Positions 34,640 through 45,025 of a DNA stretch of 63,447 nt are shown in pieces. Location of the stretch: the IMG/VR virus record IMGVR_UViG_3300048583_000179, positions 1 to 63,447 of that record; one strand, written 5' to 3'. The position numbers and the translations under genes were made by a program. Position 1 is the first letter of the stretch. Each line of letters starts with the position of its first letter. The notes under the pieces were generated by a model, which searched no databases, had not been told where the DNA came from, and was given only the letters and a program-made list of their open reading frames with translations. This stretch comes from a virus (lineage: Duplodnaviria > Caudoviricetes).

Positions 34640-36414
34640 GTGGTGTTCTTTTCTTTGACGGTCTAACGGGCACCGTGGGCACTCGTCAAGGAGTGCCCGA
34701 GCTTTTGGAGAACTTCTCTGGTGTTTACCAGAACATCGTGTGGGGTGTTGACAACGATGGTCTTGGAGAAGGACTGGACCACATCACGTGGTATGCCCCG
34801 GACTACAACGGGGCGGGGTACATCAATCAAAACGCGGTCGCGTGGGCACCAACGGAGGTTGTGAGTCACAGGTGGTTTAGCTACAGCATGGATCTTGTAG
34901 ACCAGAGTGCCCCGGTTACGATCCGGATGCACTTCAGGTGCCACAGCCAAGGCGCGGGCAGCTTCAGCAACGGGCTTGTCGGTATTCGCGTAGGCACCAC
35001 ACTTGATGGAACTGACAACAGCCTTGGCGAAGCATTTCTAACCGCCTCTGAAGTTGAAAACGGGGTTGGCAGAACCCTGACGGTTTCGTTTACCGCCCCG
35101 GCTGATGCCGAAGCGTATGTTAGCGAAGCCTACATCATGATCGGTATCTTTGAGGTCACGGCAGGTCTAGCGCCGTTTACGATTGAAGTAGATAACGCGA
35201 TGTATGAGGCCGGACCGGGCCTTGCCGCGAACCCCTACGGCACAGGAGCCCCCGGTCCCCTTCCAACCTTTACCGACCGTCCCTACAATTACGGTAGAGT
35301 TGAATACGGTGCGTTTGGCCCCGGTGGATCCCAAGCGATTAAGATGTGGGGCTACACGCCGAATGCTGAGCACCGGCTCGACCCCGGCATTGACGCGGGC
35401 GCTGTCGGCGTTCGCTTCATTCTAGACGCGCTGCCCAATAGCGGTGATGAACGCTGTATCCTTTGGTGCGGTGATGGCCTTCAGTACACCGAGCTTCGCA
35501 TTACAAGTGCCGGTGACTACAAGCTCTACAAGTCGGGCGCGTACACAGCGCTCTTTAGCAACTACGTCGCAGGGACGACCCGCTACGTAGAGCTTTGGAG
35601 CCGCGAGTTTCTGGGCAACAGCGAATGTCTTCTTTACATTGAAGGTAGCTACGCTGGAACGCTATCACGACCCGGAACAACTGGGTCGTTCCGGGGCGGC
35701 GGCTTTGGCGACCGGTATGTGAATGATATCTACGACAACGTCGGGTGTACGTTCCAAGACTTCTATGTCAAAGACATGGTCAGTGACACGACCCTGTTGG
35801 GGCCGAATGTCAAGATGGCTCACTTTGACTTCTGTGCGGGTGCCCCCGGTGTTGATGGCTATGCGCTACCCACCTTCACTTTGACAGGTGGCAGCATTCT
35901 CGCGGTTGCTCCAGACATTACCCATTCAATGAACGGCGTAGAGGTTAGCCACGAATGGGATTCAGCTGAGACAGGTGCGTTGATTAACCTGTCCATGAAG
36001 TACTCGGGCACGCAGTCCACTGTCAAAACAAACCACTCATCCAGCGCCCCTCGGTGCTCGTACGAATACGACCCGACCATCTTTGACTGGAAGAGTAACT
36101 TTTATCCACACGAGGTTGCGCCGGGCAGCGTCGCGTGGACTGACGCTGTTCTTTCTGCCAGTACCGTTATCGTCACCGCAGGTGGAACAGGTACCCTAGT
36201 TCTACACAAGACGGGTATCCGAGTTCTATACACTGGAACGTTGACTGCCGACTACTCAAGCTGTGGCGGAGCGGTTGGGTGCGGTGATCTTCTTGTGAGG
36301 CGTAACGGCGACTGGCGGTTGCCGTCCAATGTCTACGTTAAGAAGAACCTGGACTGGCGTAACGCTGAGCACCTTTTTGTACGGGATAAGGGACAATGGT
36401 GGCAGATTTTCTAG
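34636..36414 (+). CDS. Tail tip / receptor-binding protein
   Basis: Beta-sandwich-like domains; C-terminal repeated (V)xxNGxW motifs. Confidence 0.6.
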   Translation: MSGVLFFDGLTGTVGTRQGVPELLENFSGVYQNIVWGVDNDGLGEGLDHITWYAPDYNGAGYINQNAVAWAPTEVVSHRWFSYSMDLVDQSAPVTIRMHFRCHSQGAGSFSNGLVGIRVGTTLDGTDNSLGEAFLTASEVENGVGRTLTVSFTAPADAEAYVSEAYIMIGIFEVTAGLAPFTIEVDNAMYEAGPGLAANPYGTGAPGPLPTFTDRPYNYGRVEYGAFGPGGSQAIKMWGYTPNAEHRLDPGIDAGAVGVRFILDALPNSGDERCILWCGDGLQYTELRITSAGDYKLYKSGAYTALFSNYVAGTTRYVELWSREFLGNSECLLYIEGSYAGTLSRPGTTGSFRGGGFGDRYVNDIYDNVGCTFQDFYVKDMVSDTTLLGPNVKMAHFDFCAGAPGVDGYALPTFTLTGGSILAVAPDITHSMNGVEVSHEWDSAETGALINLSMKYSGTQSTVKTNHSSSAPRCSYEYDPTIFDWKSNFYPHEVAPGSVAWTDAVLSASTVIVTAGGTGTLVLHKTGIRVLYTGTLTADYSSCGGAVGCGDLLVRRNGDWRLPSNVYVKKNLDWRNAEHLFVRDKGQWWQIF

Positions 36415-36423
36415 TCTTGCCCT

Positions 36424-36951
36424 GTGTCGCCCTTTCGTGTACATTACGGGTACTTGCCGGGAGTCTTCGTGTTTGATATCATCAGCGGTATCTCACACTG
36501 GTTTCAAAAGGCTTACGGCATGGCGATCGCAACCATTGTCGGTGGAGAAGTAGCGGTGTTGACCGGAATTATTTCACTTCGGCAACTACCAGATGCGGCC
36601 CACCGCATTGCCTCTATTGACGTGCTTGTTGGCCTCTTGCTCAGCACAGTGATTATCGGTGTTGGCGCATGGGGCATCAACCAGTTCACTAAGTTCAAAG
36701 ACGAAGCCACCCATCAAGCCGCCACGGATCGTGAGGCCGCGACTAAGGCTCTTACGGAAGCCAAGGCACAGTTCATGGAAGCGGTTCATGAGCTGAAGAG
36801 CAAGGTGGAGCGGGTGGATGCCGCCCTGACTGGCTTTGACGGTGACGGTGGTGTTCTTGGAGAAGTTCGGAAGCTCGGGACTCAGATAGAGATGCAGAAC
36901 AAAGAGCGGGCACAGCTTCTGGATTACATTCTTCGAGAGCGAGGCCACTGA
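36424..36951 (+). CDS. Membrane protein (holin/antiholin-like; start uncertain)
   Basis: Two hydrophobic helices plus coiled coil, first gene of the lysis cassette. Confidence 0.55.
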   Translation: MSPFRVHYGYLPGVFVFDIISGISHWFQKAYGMAIATIVGGEVAVLTGIISLRQLPDAAHRIASIDVLVGLLLSTVIIGVGAWGINQFTKFKDEATHQAATDREAATKALTEAKAQFMEAVHELKSKVERVDAALTGFDGDGGVLGEVRKLGTQIEMQNKERAQLLDYILRERGH

Positions 36952-37193
36952 TGGCAAACGAATGGCACGAAAAGATGGGCGGGCGCAAGTTCCTCATTGC
37001 GATTCTTGGCATGGGCATGGGGTTCGCCCTTGCTCTTCTGGCGAAGCTGAGCGCTGAGTTTAGCAATGTGATCATGGTGAGCACCGCAAGCTTCATGGCG
37101 GGCAACACCATCACTACTCGTGAGGCCATTCGCCACCCGGCCACCCCGCCCGCCCCCACTGAGCCGCCCGTGGATCCAACCCATGAAGGCTAG
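36951..37193 (+). CDS. Putative holin
   Basis: GGRKFLIA...two TM helices...FMAGN. Confidence 0.65.
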   Translation: MANEWHEKMGGRKFLIAILGMGMGFALALLAKLSAEFSNVIMVSTASFMAGNTITTREAIRHPATPPAPTEPPVDPTHEG

Positions 37194-37746
37194 TTACCTT
37201 TTCGGAGACCTTGCGCTCATTACCCCGTGCCCGTGGCTTGAGGGCACGGGCATCAGCACTAGGGTAGAAATGATCGTACGGGCAGCCCACGCCTGTATCG
37301 GCGTTCGTGAGAACCCACTGGGTAGCAACCGTGGCCCACAGGTTGATCGATGGCTGCGCGAGTCTGGTCTTGACGCCAGTGTCATCACCGCTGGAAACGG
37401 CTACTGGTGTGCGGCATGGGCCGGGGCGATGTGGAAGTTTGCCGGTATTCAAATGCCGGTGGGCTACTACGACTGTGATGTGCTGTGGCGATGGGCGCGT
37501 GAGACCAAGCGATTTGTAAAGAAACCCGGCCTCGGCTATATGGTTCTGTACGGAAATGCAAAGAAGCCGGACGCGAACCATGTGGGCATTGTTGTTGAAA
37601 ATGTGCAAAACCCTGTCATCACCGTGGAAGCCAATACCACGATTGAAGGCAGTGCGTTTGAACGCAACGGTACCGCTGTCGCTGTCAAGCTAATTCAACC
37701 CTCTGACCCGGTACTGGGGTACATCAGTGTTGAATCTGTGGCGTAA
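37183..37746 (+). CDS. Endolysin, CHAP-like amidase/peptidase
   Basis: IGVRENPLGSNRG...YWCAAW...HVGIV...TVEANT; start re-called at ATG 37183. Confidence 0.85.
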   Translation: MKASYLFGDLALITPCPWLEGTGISTRVEMIVRAAHACIGVRENPLGSNRGPQVDRWLRESGLDASVITAGNGYWCAAWAGAMWKFAGIQMPVGYYDCDVLWRWARETKRFVKKPGLGYMVLYGNAKKPDANHVGIVVENVQNPVITVEANTTIEGSAFERNGTAVAVKLIQPSDPVLGYISVESVA

Positions 37747-38371
37747 GTATCGCATGTGGGTGCTGCTCGGCTTTCTAATCATTGTGCTGCTCGTGCTTGT
37801 TGAATGGGGAGTGTACCTGTTCGGCGAGTACAAGAACGTCAAGAAAATCCGGCAACAGTTTGAGGAACAGAACGAAAAGCTTGAGCAGCAGACAGATGAG
37901 ATCAACCAATTGCTCAAGCACAATCAACGCGTCACAATTTACCTTGACAGCCTGAAGGGTGCGGTGCGCGTGCGCGACACTGCAATCGCGGGCCTGAAGG
38001 CTGATAAACGAGCCCTTCAAAAGCGTCTTGCCGACGCGCCCTCCGCTTTCGACAGCGTTCCCATTCTTGTGTCCATTGTTTCAAACCTTGAGAACACGGT
38101 TGTGAAACAGGACTCAACGATTCGTGACGAGCGTGCCCGCGCCGACTCGGCTGAGAGTTCCAGATACCAAGCCCTTGCCCGGCTGACTGAAGTTCGGGAC
38201 ACGCTCAACAGTGTTCGCAAAGCGAACGACGCCCTCCAGAAGCTCTGTACAAAGAAGCAACCCTTTATTCGTATTGACGGAGGGGTGGGGTTGGCCACGC
38301 TGCCCTTCAACAACTGGGAAACTGGACCCGCCATTACGCTCACAGCGCGGGTCTTTAGCTTGCGGCTGTGA
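37727..38371 (+). CDS. Spanin-like protein
   Basis: N-terminal TM, long coiled coil, C-terminal beta strands; follows the endolysin. Confidence 0.6.
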   Translation: MLNLWRKYRMWVLLGFLIIVLLVLVEWGVYLFGEYKNVKKIRQQFEEQNEKLEQQTDEINQLLKHNQRVTIYLDSLKGAVRVRDTAIAGLKADKRALQKRLADAPSAFDSVPILVSIVSNLENTVVKQDSTIRDERARADSAESSRYQALARLTEVRDTLNSVRKANDALQKLCTKKQPFIRIDGGVGLATLPFNNWETGPAITLTARVFSLRL

Positions 38372-38376
38372 ACTAG

Positions 38377-38565
38377 ATGTGGTATATTGCACAGTGGGCC
38401 GGGCAGCGTCCCTGTCGCCCCGAAGACATCTTTTGGTTTGATATCAAGCGGTACTGGGTTCATGCCGTGGGGCACTACTTCATTCCATGTGTAATAGCCG
38501 GGACAACCTTCTTCGCGTTGCACTGTACGCGCCAGTGGTGGCGCAACAGGCCCGGCCAGACGTAA
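38377..38565 (+). CDS. Small hypothetical membrane protein
   Basis: 62-aa ORF, Trp-rich. Confidence 0.35.
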   Translation: MWYIAQWAGQRPCRPEDIFWFDIKRYWVHAVGHYFIPCVIAGTTFFALHCTRQWWRNRPGQT

Positions 38566-38661
38566 ATCCAGCGTCGCTACCGACCCTCAGGGACACAAAC
38601 CCCATGGGGGTCGGGTTGTTTGGTGGGGGGCAAACGGCACGCGCCAGAGGGGCATTCGGCG

Positions 38662-38746
38662 TATTGGCCTATTGCCTATATAGGGTTACTATAACCGATC
38701 AAAAAGTTTTTTCCAAAAATGGTTCGGTAATAGGCCAATAGGGTAA
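38662..38746. repeat. AT-rich duplicated element, copy 2 (candidate replication origin)
   Basis: 30-bp identity to 11745-11774 plus similar flanks. Confidence 0.7.
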
Positions 38747-38817
38747 CTCCTAAGCTTAAGGGCTGCCAACACATACGAGCAGTTATTACCCCGAAAGGGT
38801 AGCTAATAGTTCCAATA

Positions 38818-40524
38818 ATGCACATACTACCAGAAGGCTCTAATCAGGCGCGTATAAAAACCTCCCTCGGGGGTGGTGTACTGGACACCCTACGTTCAGT
38901 ACCGGGGGGCGTTACGTGGGCTGATCGGGATGCCATTGTAGACCTCATCCCAGACAACGTTGAGTACCTGCAAACCAAGTTCCCTGATGCTGAATGGGAT
39001 CCAAGCTTTGCGGAGATCTTTGCTGTCTGGGCACGCGACGCTGAAGAGGCTAAGGACGCTGAAGCCAAGCGCGTCGCCGCACTAGACCTTGATGGGGATG
39101 ACTTTGAATACGGCACGGCACCGGACACCCATCAGCGTATTGGGTTTCTACTAGGTCGCGACCTGCCCGGCTTCATGTACTTCATGGAACCCGGCACGGG
39201 CAAGAGCAAGATCCTCGTAGACACTGCTGCCCATTTGTACAAGACGGGCAAGATCAAGGGCATACTCATTGCGGCTGAGAACGGCTTGCACCTTGAGTGG
39301 CCCGCCGAGTTCGCCAAGCATGCGCCGAAGTGGCTTCGCTACCGGGCGGAGATTTACCGGAGCGGCATGGGCAAGAAGCGCAAGGAGGCGATGGCCGACC
39401 TTGTAAAGACGGACTGCCTTCGCCTTGTAATGCTCAACCTTGAAGCACTCAGCCACAAGAGCGGCAGGGACTTTGCGGAGTGGTTCCTTAAGAGCCAACC
39501 CACCCTGTTCTGCGTTGACGAAAGCCAGCTTATCGGCGTGCCCAGTTCTACACGCACCCGTAATGCTGTGACGTTGGCAAAGCTCGCACCCTACCGCCGC
39601 ATCCTCAGCGGCACCCCCGTAGCCGAAGGCATTGAACGCTTGTATAGTCAGTGCCGCTTTACCGACGACAACATTCTACGCCTGACCCGTTACAGCACGT
39701 TCAAGCACTACTTCACCAAGCAGGTTGGGCGGTGGAATAAGATTGTTGGCTACAAGAACGTGGACGAGCTCATGCGTCGCATTGGCCCGTACAGCTACTT
39801 CAAGGAAAAGAAGGACTGTATGGATCTACCGGAACGGACCTTCGAGCGTCTGACGGTGGAAATGTCGGACGAGCAAGCCCGCATGTACGGGGAGCTCAAG
39901 TCCCAGTACACGGTAGAAGTTCTCGAGGGTAAATGGGTGGAAGCTGAGCTTGCAGTAGCTAGGCTCGTCAAGCTTCAGCAGATTGCCAGTGGGTTCGTGC
40001 GGGTTGAGGGCGAAAACGTTATCTTCAGCAACACCCCCCGGCTCAAAGTCATGGTCAGCATGGCCGAACAGGCCCGCCGGAAGATAGTCATCTGGTGTGC
40101 CTTCAAAGCCAACGTGGAAATGATCCATGAAGCCCTCGACGAAGGGGGTATTGGCTCAGCCCTGTATTACGGCGAACAAGACGCCATTGAAAATAGCGAA
40201 GCCCTACGCGAGTGGCGAAAGCCAACTGGCCCGAAGGCATTGGTGCTTACGCTGAAGAAGGGCATTCGCGGCCTTACTATGAACGAGGCCGATACCATGT
40301 TCTACTACAGCCACACATGGAGCAACGAAGCCCGCACCCAGTCGCTAGAGCGAAACTACAGGCGCGGGCAAGACTTGCCCACCACAGTCTTTGACTTCGT
40401 GGCACCCGGAACCGTAGATGTCAAAATTCTACGGGCGCTGGAAAAGAAGCAGTCAATCAAAGAGCTTCTAAAGTCACCCCAGACGGTGAAGGAATGGCTC
40501 GATATCCCTCTGGAAGTTCGCTAA
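38818..40524 (+). CDS. SNF2-family helicase
   Basis: FMEPGTGKS, VDES, ILSGTP, KLQQIASGF, QSLERNYRRGQ. Confidence 0.9.
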   Translation: MHILPEGSNQARIKTSLGGGVLDTLRSVPGGVTWADRDAIVDLIPDNVEYLQTKFPDAEWDPSFAEIFAVWARDAEEAKDAEAKRVAALDLDGDDFEYGTAPDTHQRIGFLLGRDLPGFMYFMEPGTGKSKILVDTAAHLYKTGKIKGILIAAENGLHLEWPAEFAKHAPKWLRYRAEIYRSGMGKKRKEAMADLVKTDCLRLVMLNLEALSHKSGRDFAEWFLKSQPTLFCVDESQLIGVPSSTRTRNAVTLAKLAPYRRILSGTPVAEGIERLYSQCRFTDDNILRLTRYSTFKHYFTKQVGRWNKIVGYKNVDELMRRIGPYSYFKEKKDCMDLPERTFERLTVEMSDEQARMYGELKSQYTVEVLEGKWVEAELAVARLVKLQQIASGFVRVEGENVIFSNTPRLKVMVSMAEQARRKIVIWCAFKANVEMIHEALDEGGIGSALYYGEQDAIENSEALREWRKPTGPKALVLTLKKGIRGLTMNEADTMFYYSHTWSNEARTQSLERNYRRGQDLPTTVFDFVAPGTVDVKILRALEKKQSIKELLKSPQTVKEWLDIPLEVR

Positions 40525-40729
40525 GGTTGCAGATAAAGAAGTCATCCTTAGTGTACACCCCAAGCTTCTCAGCTTCTTGAAATTTCCAGCTCAGCGGGTT
40601 GTCGACTTTGACGGTGCCACCTACATGTTTCATTAGGCGACCGCTCGGGTCGTAGTACCGCTTGCCCTTCATACGAATAGTGCCGTCCGGCCACACCTGT
40701 CTCTTGCCCTGAAATCTAACGCTTCCCAT
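40457..40729 (-). CDS. Small protein resembling a Mu-transposase C-terminal beta-barrel
   Basis: RQVWPDGTIRMKGKRYY...LMKHVGGTVKV...GVYTKDDFFICN. Confidence 0.45.
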   Translation of the reverse strand: MGSVRFQGKRQVWPDGTIRMKGKRYYDPSGRLMKHVGGTVKVDNPLSWKFQEAEKLGVYTKDDFFICNLSELPEGYRAIPSPSGVTLEAL

Positions 40730-40941
40730 TATTTCTCCTCGCCGCGCAGGGCGGCACGGGCTACTTCATGCGGGTCTGTGCCCGCGTAAGGTTCGCCGCA
40801 GTCGCATACGATGACTTCGCAATCGTCGCAAACCGTTTGCAACGCCTTGCGCAGTCGCTCGACCTCGGCGCGGAGGGCGGCAACTTCGTCTAGTAACGAA
40901 TCCTGCCCGGCGTTGAAACCTTCATCGTATTCGCTGGTCAT
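40729..40941 (-). CDS. Hypothetical protein
   Basis: 70-aa ORF; LRAEVERLRKAL...ARAAL phage-type motif. Confidence 0.6.
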   Translation of the reverse strand: MTSEYDEGFNAGQDSLLDEVAALRAEVERLRKALQTVCDDCEVIVCDCGEPYAGTDPHEVARAALRGEEK

Positions 40942-41059
40942 TTTTCTTTTCCAAACGCTCGCGTCATAAGGTTATTCCAACGATGCTTGCGGTCATGAGC
41001 ATTCATTGCTACGCCAATTCCTAGCAGCACAAGAAGTACGATAAGTCTCCAGTGCTTAA

Positions 41060-42928
41060 TCACACGCACTCACCCCAACTGTTGCCGATGGCGAGGTCAA
41101 CCAGCATTGGAACACGAAGCTGTACCACGTCCCGCATGATTTGAACTGCTCGCTGGACACTACCGTCTTGCGGGTCGTTCAGGCCCAGTTCGTCGTGTAC
41201 AGGCACGAGCGGTGGCACCTTAAATTCTTTCCAGTACTCAATCATGGCGAGCTTGGTTTGGTCGGCGGCACTGCCTTGGATTAGGGCGTTGAGTGCCTTG
41301 TAGGTAAAGCCATACCCCTCAGTTTCGGGCACGCCTTCCTGGTAGAAGCGACACTTGCGCCCGCCCAGTGTGAGAATATAGCCACGCTTCTTTGCTCGCC
41401 GCTTGCACTCGTCTGACAAGTCCTTAACGAAGGCCATCTTGTCAAAGTACGTGTCAATCAACGCTTGGCCTTCCGGCCCGGCCACTTCAAGCGGCCGACC
41501 CCGAACAGTCTTCCACTCGGTGGGCAGCCCAAGCTGATGACAGGTACTCGCACCCCCGCGCCCGTACATCAGGGCAAGGTTCATAATCTTTGCGGGCTTG
41601 CGCCCGATGCCCATGATCTGTGCCGTCAGGGTGTGCATGTCCGTAGTTACATCTTCGTTGTATGCCTTGACAAAGGCTTCAACGCTACGGAACCCGGCGA
41701 CTGATGCGTAGTGAACAGCCAATCGCGGTTCCTGTTGGCTGTAGTCGCAGCTCGCCCACTTACAGCCCTCTTCCGGTAGAAATATTTCCCGGATTAGCTT
41801 GCCGCTGAACGGGTCTTTTTCTAGGTTGGGCGGGTTCATTACATTGGGGTTCCGGGCCGACATGCGCCCGCTGACGGCCCCACCGTCTTCGCCACGCGCC
41901 AATGGAATAATTTCTGGGTGGATACGCCCGCTGACTTGCTTCTGGATAAAGAAGCCTTCAACGAAAGTGCTCACCGTCTTCATCGGCTTGCGGGCAGCAA
42001 CGATCAGCTTGGCCACCGGATCTTCATGGGCTAAGAGCCAGTCCTGCGTAAAGCTAGGCTTCTTTGTCTTTGGTGTTAGCGGGTAGGTCACACCGTGCTT
42101 GTCAAACAGCTTGGCAATATCTTCGCCACTGTTGACGTTAACGTGGAACCCGGCAGCCCGGTTAATCTCAGTCTGGGCCTCTTCGGCCATGCGGTGCAGC
42201 GTCTTGCGAGCAGGTTCCAGCTTGTCGGCATCAATGCGTATGCCGCGACGGCGCATGTCCAGTAGCACGTCCTGAAGCTCAATCTCCATGTTGTACACGC
42301 GCCACAGATCTTCAGCCGTCAAGTGCTCTTCCAGCACAAGCCACAGCGCACGGGTACGGGCGGCATCGTCTTCACCGTACTCGCCCACCTGTTCGGGGCG
42401 CAGCCGCCAGATCAAGCCCTTGTCAGGCTTCTTGTCCTTGCGCCCAAGCTTTTGACTGAGCTCAAGCAGTGCCCGGTTCATACCCTCTTGTGACTTACCC
42501 TTGCCCGTATAGTGGATGGCGAGGTTGTCAAGGCTGTAGCTGTCCCGGTACTCGTTCAGCAGGGGGGCAGCCGTCTGGGTGTCATGAACACGATGGAAGT
42601 GGATGCCTTCGGTGCTAAACCATCCACGGTCGTACATTGCGTTGTGAAAGACCCACTGTACATCGTCACCATGGGCATAGTGCCGAATCCACCTGAAGAC
42701 AAGGTCGGGATCAAAGTTGCCGCCCGGTTCGTGGCGAACCGGCCAATAGCCCTTGCCGCCTTCCCATGCGACACCTACGCCCACGATGTACCCGCGCTCG
42801 TCCATGGGCAAGCTACTGAAGCACCATCCCGGCCCGCGACCCGGCTCAATGTGGGGGTCACGGGTTTCGGTGTCAATGGCTACGAGGCCACTAAGGCGCG
42901 GAAACTCTGCGGGGGGTGTCCAGCTCAT
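41060..42928 (-). CDS. DNA polymerase, family A, with 3'-5' exonuclease
   Basis: AIDTET, FHNAMYD, SGRMSARNPN, CDYSQQEPR, KIMNLALMYG, NALIQGSAAD, VHDEL. Confidence 0.96.
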   Translation of the reverse strand: MSWTPPAEFPRLSGLVAIDTETRDPHIEPGRGPGWCFSSLPMDERGYIVGVGVAWEGGKGYWPVRHEPGGNFDPDLVFRWIRHYAHGDDVQWVFHNAMYDRGWFSTEGIHFHRVHDTQTAAPLLNEYRDSYSLDNLAIHYTGKGKSQEGMNRALLELSQKLGRKDKKPDKGLIWRLRPEQVGEYGEDDAARTRALWLVLEEHLTAEDLWRVYNMEIELQDVLLDMRRRGIRIDADKLEPARKTLHRMAEEAQTEINRAAGFHVNVNSGEDIAKLFDKHGVTYPLTPKTKKPSFTQDWLLAHEDPVAKLIVAARKPMKTVSTFVEGFFIQKQVSGRIHPEIIPLARGEDGGAVSGRMSARNPNVMNPPNLEKDPFSGKLIREIFLPEEGCKWASCDYSQQEPRLAVHYASVAGFRSVEAFVKAYNEDVTTDMHTLTAQIMGIGRKPAKIMNLALMYGRGGASTCHQLGLPTEWKTVRGRPLEVAGPEGQALIDTYFDKMAFVKDLSDECKRRAKKRGYILTLGGRKCRFYQEGVPETEGYGFTYKALNALIQGSAADQTKLAMIEYWKEFKVPPLVPVHDELGLNDPQDGSVQRAVQIMRDVVQLRVPMLVDLAIGNSWGECV

Positions 42929-43031
42929 GATAGCACAAGCAGCACGGCAAATGCGATGAGGCCAATGCCGATGGACAGCATCATAAGCCCGGTGACCGTG
43001 TAATACACGAAGCCAATGAGGCGGTAAATCA

Positions 43032-43274
43032 TTACTCGTCCACTACGAACAGGGCGACGAGCACAGCGGCTTCAGCGTGCTTGCCGTCGGCGATGAGTGC
43101 GGTGTGGATGCGCTTCAGCTTTTTGTCCAAGTCAAACAGGTATTGCAGGGTTTCTACTTTGCTGACGTTCAACATAGCGGTGGTTTCATCCTGTTCCTGT
43201 TTGTCCTCGGCCTCCATTACGGTGGCGTCAAACAAGTCCTGCAGATCGTCCATTTGCGTGGAATTAAGAAACAT
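43032..43274 (-). CDS. Small acidic protein
   Basis: CATAGGGGGTAC leader and own promoter. Confidence 0.65.
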   Translation of the reverse strand: MFLNSTQMDDLQDLFDATVMEAEDKQEQDETTAMLNVSKVETLQYLFDLDKKLKRIHTALIADGKHAEAAVLVALFVVDE

Positions 43275-43312
43275 GGGTACCCCCTATGAAAGTGGCGTGT
43301 GGCCTACCCTGC

Positions 43313-43341
43313 AATATAGCAGGGTGAGGCTCGTCACGCCA
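43313..43341 (-). promoter_or_regulatory. sigma70-like promoter TGGCGT-N17-TATATT
   Basis: Matches 13387-13415; upstream of the polymerase operon. Confidence 0.65.
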
Positions 43342-43502
43342 GTGTTAGGCGGTCGTAGAGGCTAGGGTAGCGATCTACGATTTCCATCAACCGTTGGTGC
43401 AAATTCCGGTTGATCCTACCTGTGATCTGCTGTCCACCCGGCGTGCTGCTCCACTCAAACAAGTCTTCTGCACTATGCGCGATGAGGCTACCGATTGCGA
43501 CG

Positions 43503-43901
43503 CTATTGGGTTTTATGAGCCCCAGTGGGGTCGTCATGCGGATCTCCCTCGTAGAGTGGGCTGACTTCTTCAAGAGGGAACGGATCTTGGATCGCGAGGA
43601 TGCCTTGCGCATATGCTTCTGCCTCAATCAAGATAAGGTAGCGTCGCAGGTCGCGAATGCTTTCAATGGCTGACTCCCCACCTTCGTCAACCCGTGCAAT
43701 AGCCTTGAACACGTCGTACCCGCATGCCTTGGCCTGTTCCTCAAGCCTGTCGGCCTTACGAATACTGACCATGAAGGCACCCGGCCCACCCCGCTTTTTC
43801 CAACTTGCACCATAGGCGATATCTTTGGCAAGGACGGCTTCCGCATCAGCCTCTGCCACCATGCGGATGAAGTCGCGGTAGCTTGTGTCGTTGTTGTCCA
43901 C
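43503..43901 (-). CDS. Nucleotide-modification-associated MazG-like protein (Nmad1/DUF1599-like)
   Basis: KDIAYGASWKKRG...RKADRL...ESIRDLRRYLILIE; adjacent to the synthase. Confidence 0.7.
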   Translation of the reverse strand: MDNNDTSYRDFIRMVAEADAEAVLAKDIAYGASWKKRGGPGAFMVSIRKADRLEEQAKACGYDVFKAIARVDEGGESAIESIRDLRRYLILIEAEAYAQGILAIQDPFPLEEVSPLYEGDPHDDPTGAHKTQ

Positions 43902-44905
43902 TAGACCTCCTTCCAGGTACGCCGCTCAAGCCATTCCACGCACGCCTTGCGCCAGTCCTCGGCGCGGCACTCCTCAGCGGCAATGATGGCAAGTCCCTTG
44001 TTGCCTTGCTTGTAGAACTCCCAACTGTCAAACAGCGGGGTCACCACATACTGAAAGTACGGGGTTTGATAGTCCTCAGTGGGGTTGATGCCCTGTGCCT
44101 CGTTGGTAAATTCGCGCAGGTCGCGATCCCACTGGGCCTGAGTAACGTCGCCTGTGAATAGGGGGTAGGGGCGCACCAAGCCATTCTCATACGGGTCAAC
44201 ACGGAAAGACCCATGCTGAACAACGTTGTCCAGCTCATGCTTTTCCCAGACGTCCGTGTAGGCGTGGAAGTTGCCGCTCACCTGCTCGTACCACCCCACC
44301 TCGGCCTGAACGCACCCCGCCACATACTCTTGGATAACGCTGAAGTGAACTGCATTGGCCCCGAACGTGCCCCAAATCATATCGTTGCTGCGGTTGAACA
44401 CCAACATGTTCAGGCGGTTGGCGGGGTCAACCTCTAGCTTGATGCCCACATTGCAGGGGATGTCATTGCTGTTGGCCCCTACATCCTTTGGAAAGTAGAT
44501 GGGCACGTACACCCGCCGACTGTACCTGTCCTTCTGTAGCATGGTGACGGCTTCAGCCAACATGTCGCCGCCAGTGTCACGACGCATGCGGAACCCGTAG
44601 GCACCGTAGAAGTACTCACCGTCGTCACTGTACTTGGCGATCTGGCTATTGAACTGGGCAAGCCAACGAACGTCCTTGCGCCCGGCCAAGATCCACAGGC
44701 TTTCAAACAGGTGGAAGTACGGGTTGGCATCACGGTCCTCACCGAACAGCACCCGCTCCATGGGCCGACGGTAGGTTGTCACCACGGGCTCGTTCGCCAC
44801 ATAGGCCGACCCGTTACGGGTCTTTTGAATGTAGCCGTAGTAGTGAAGCAACCGTGCTCCGAGCACGTATGCCTCGTTTACATTCCGTGCATTAATGGTG
44901 TGCAT
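43901..44905 (-). CDS. Thymidylate-synthase-fold enzyme, probable dUMP hydroxymethylase
   Basis: RDANPYFHLFE, DIPCN, NRSNDMIWG..GANAVHFS, NFHAY, as in YuA/M6-type enzymes. Confidence 0.85.
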   Translation of the reverse strand: MHTINARNVNEAYVLGARLLHYYGYIQKTRNGSAYVANEPVVTTYRRPMERVLFGEDRDANPYFHLFESLWILAGRKDVRWLAQFNSQIAKYSDDGEYFYGAYGFRMRRDTGGDMLAEAVTMLQKDRYSRRVYVPIYFPKDVGANSNDIPCNVGIKLEVDPANRLNMLVFNRSNDMIWGTFGANAVHFSVIQEYVAGCVQAEVGWYEQVSGNFHAYTDVWEKHELDNVVQHGSFRVDPYENGLVRPYPLFTGDVTQAQWDRDLREFTNEAQGINPTEDYQTPYFQYVVTPLFDSWEFYKQGNKGLAIIAAEECRAEDWRKACVEWLERRTWKEV

Positions 44906-45025
44906 TCAGTCTCCTTAGGTAAAGAGGGCCACTAGGTAACCGCCCCTAGTATAAGCAGTAGAACACCCCAAAGACAAGCCCCAAGAAATGCCCAAAGCAT
45001 TGCGCACCTCGGGGTTACGTTGCAA

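Noticed and set aside
18675-42928. Introns, inteins or stop-codon reassignment in core genes
   Set aside because: TerL, MCP, helicase and polymerase are contiguous and of normal length in the standard code
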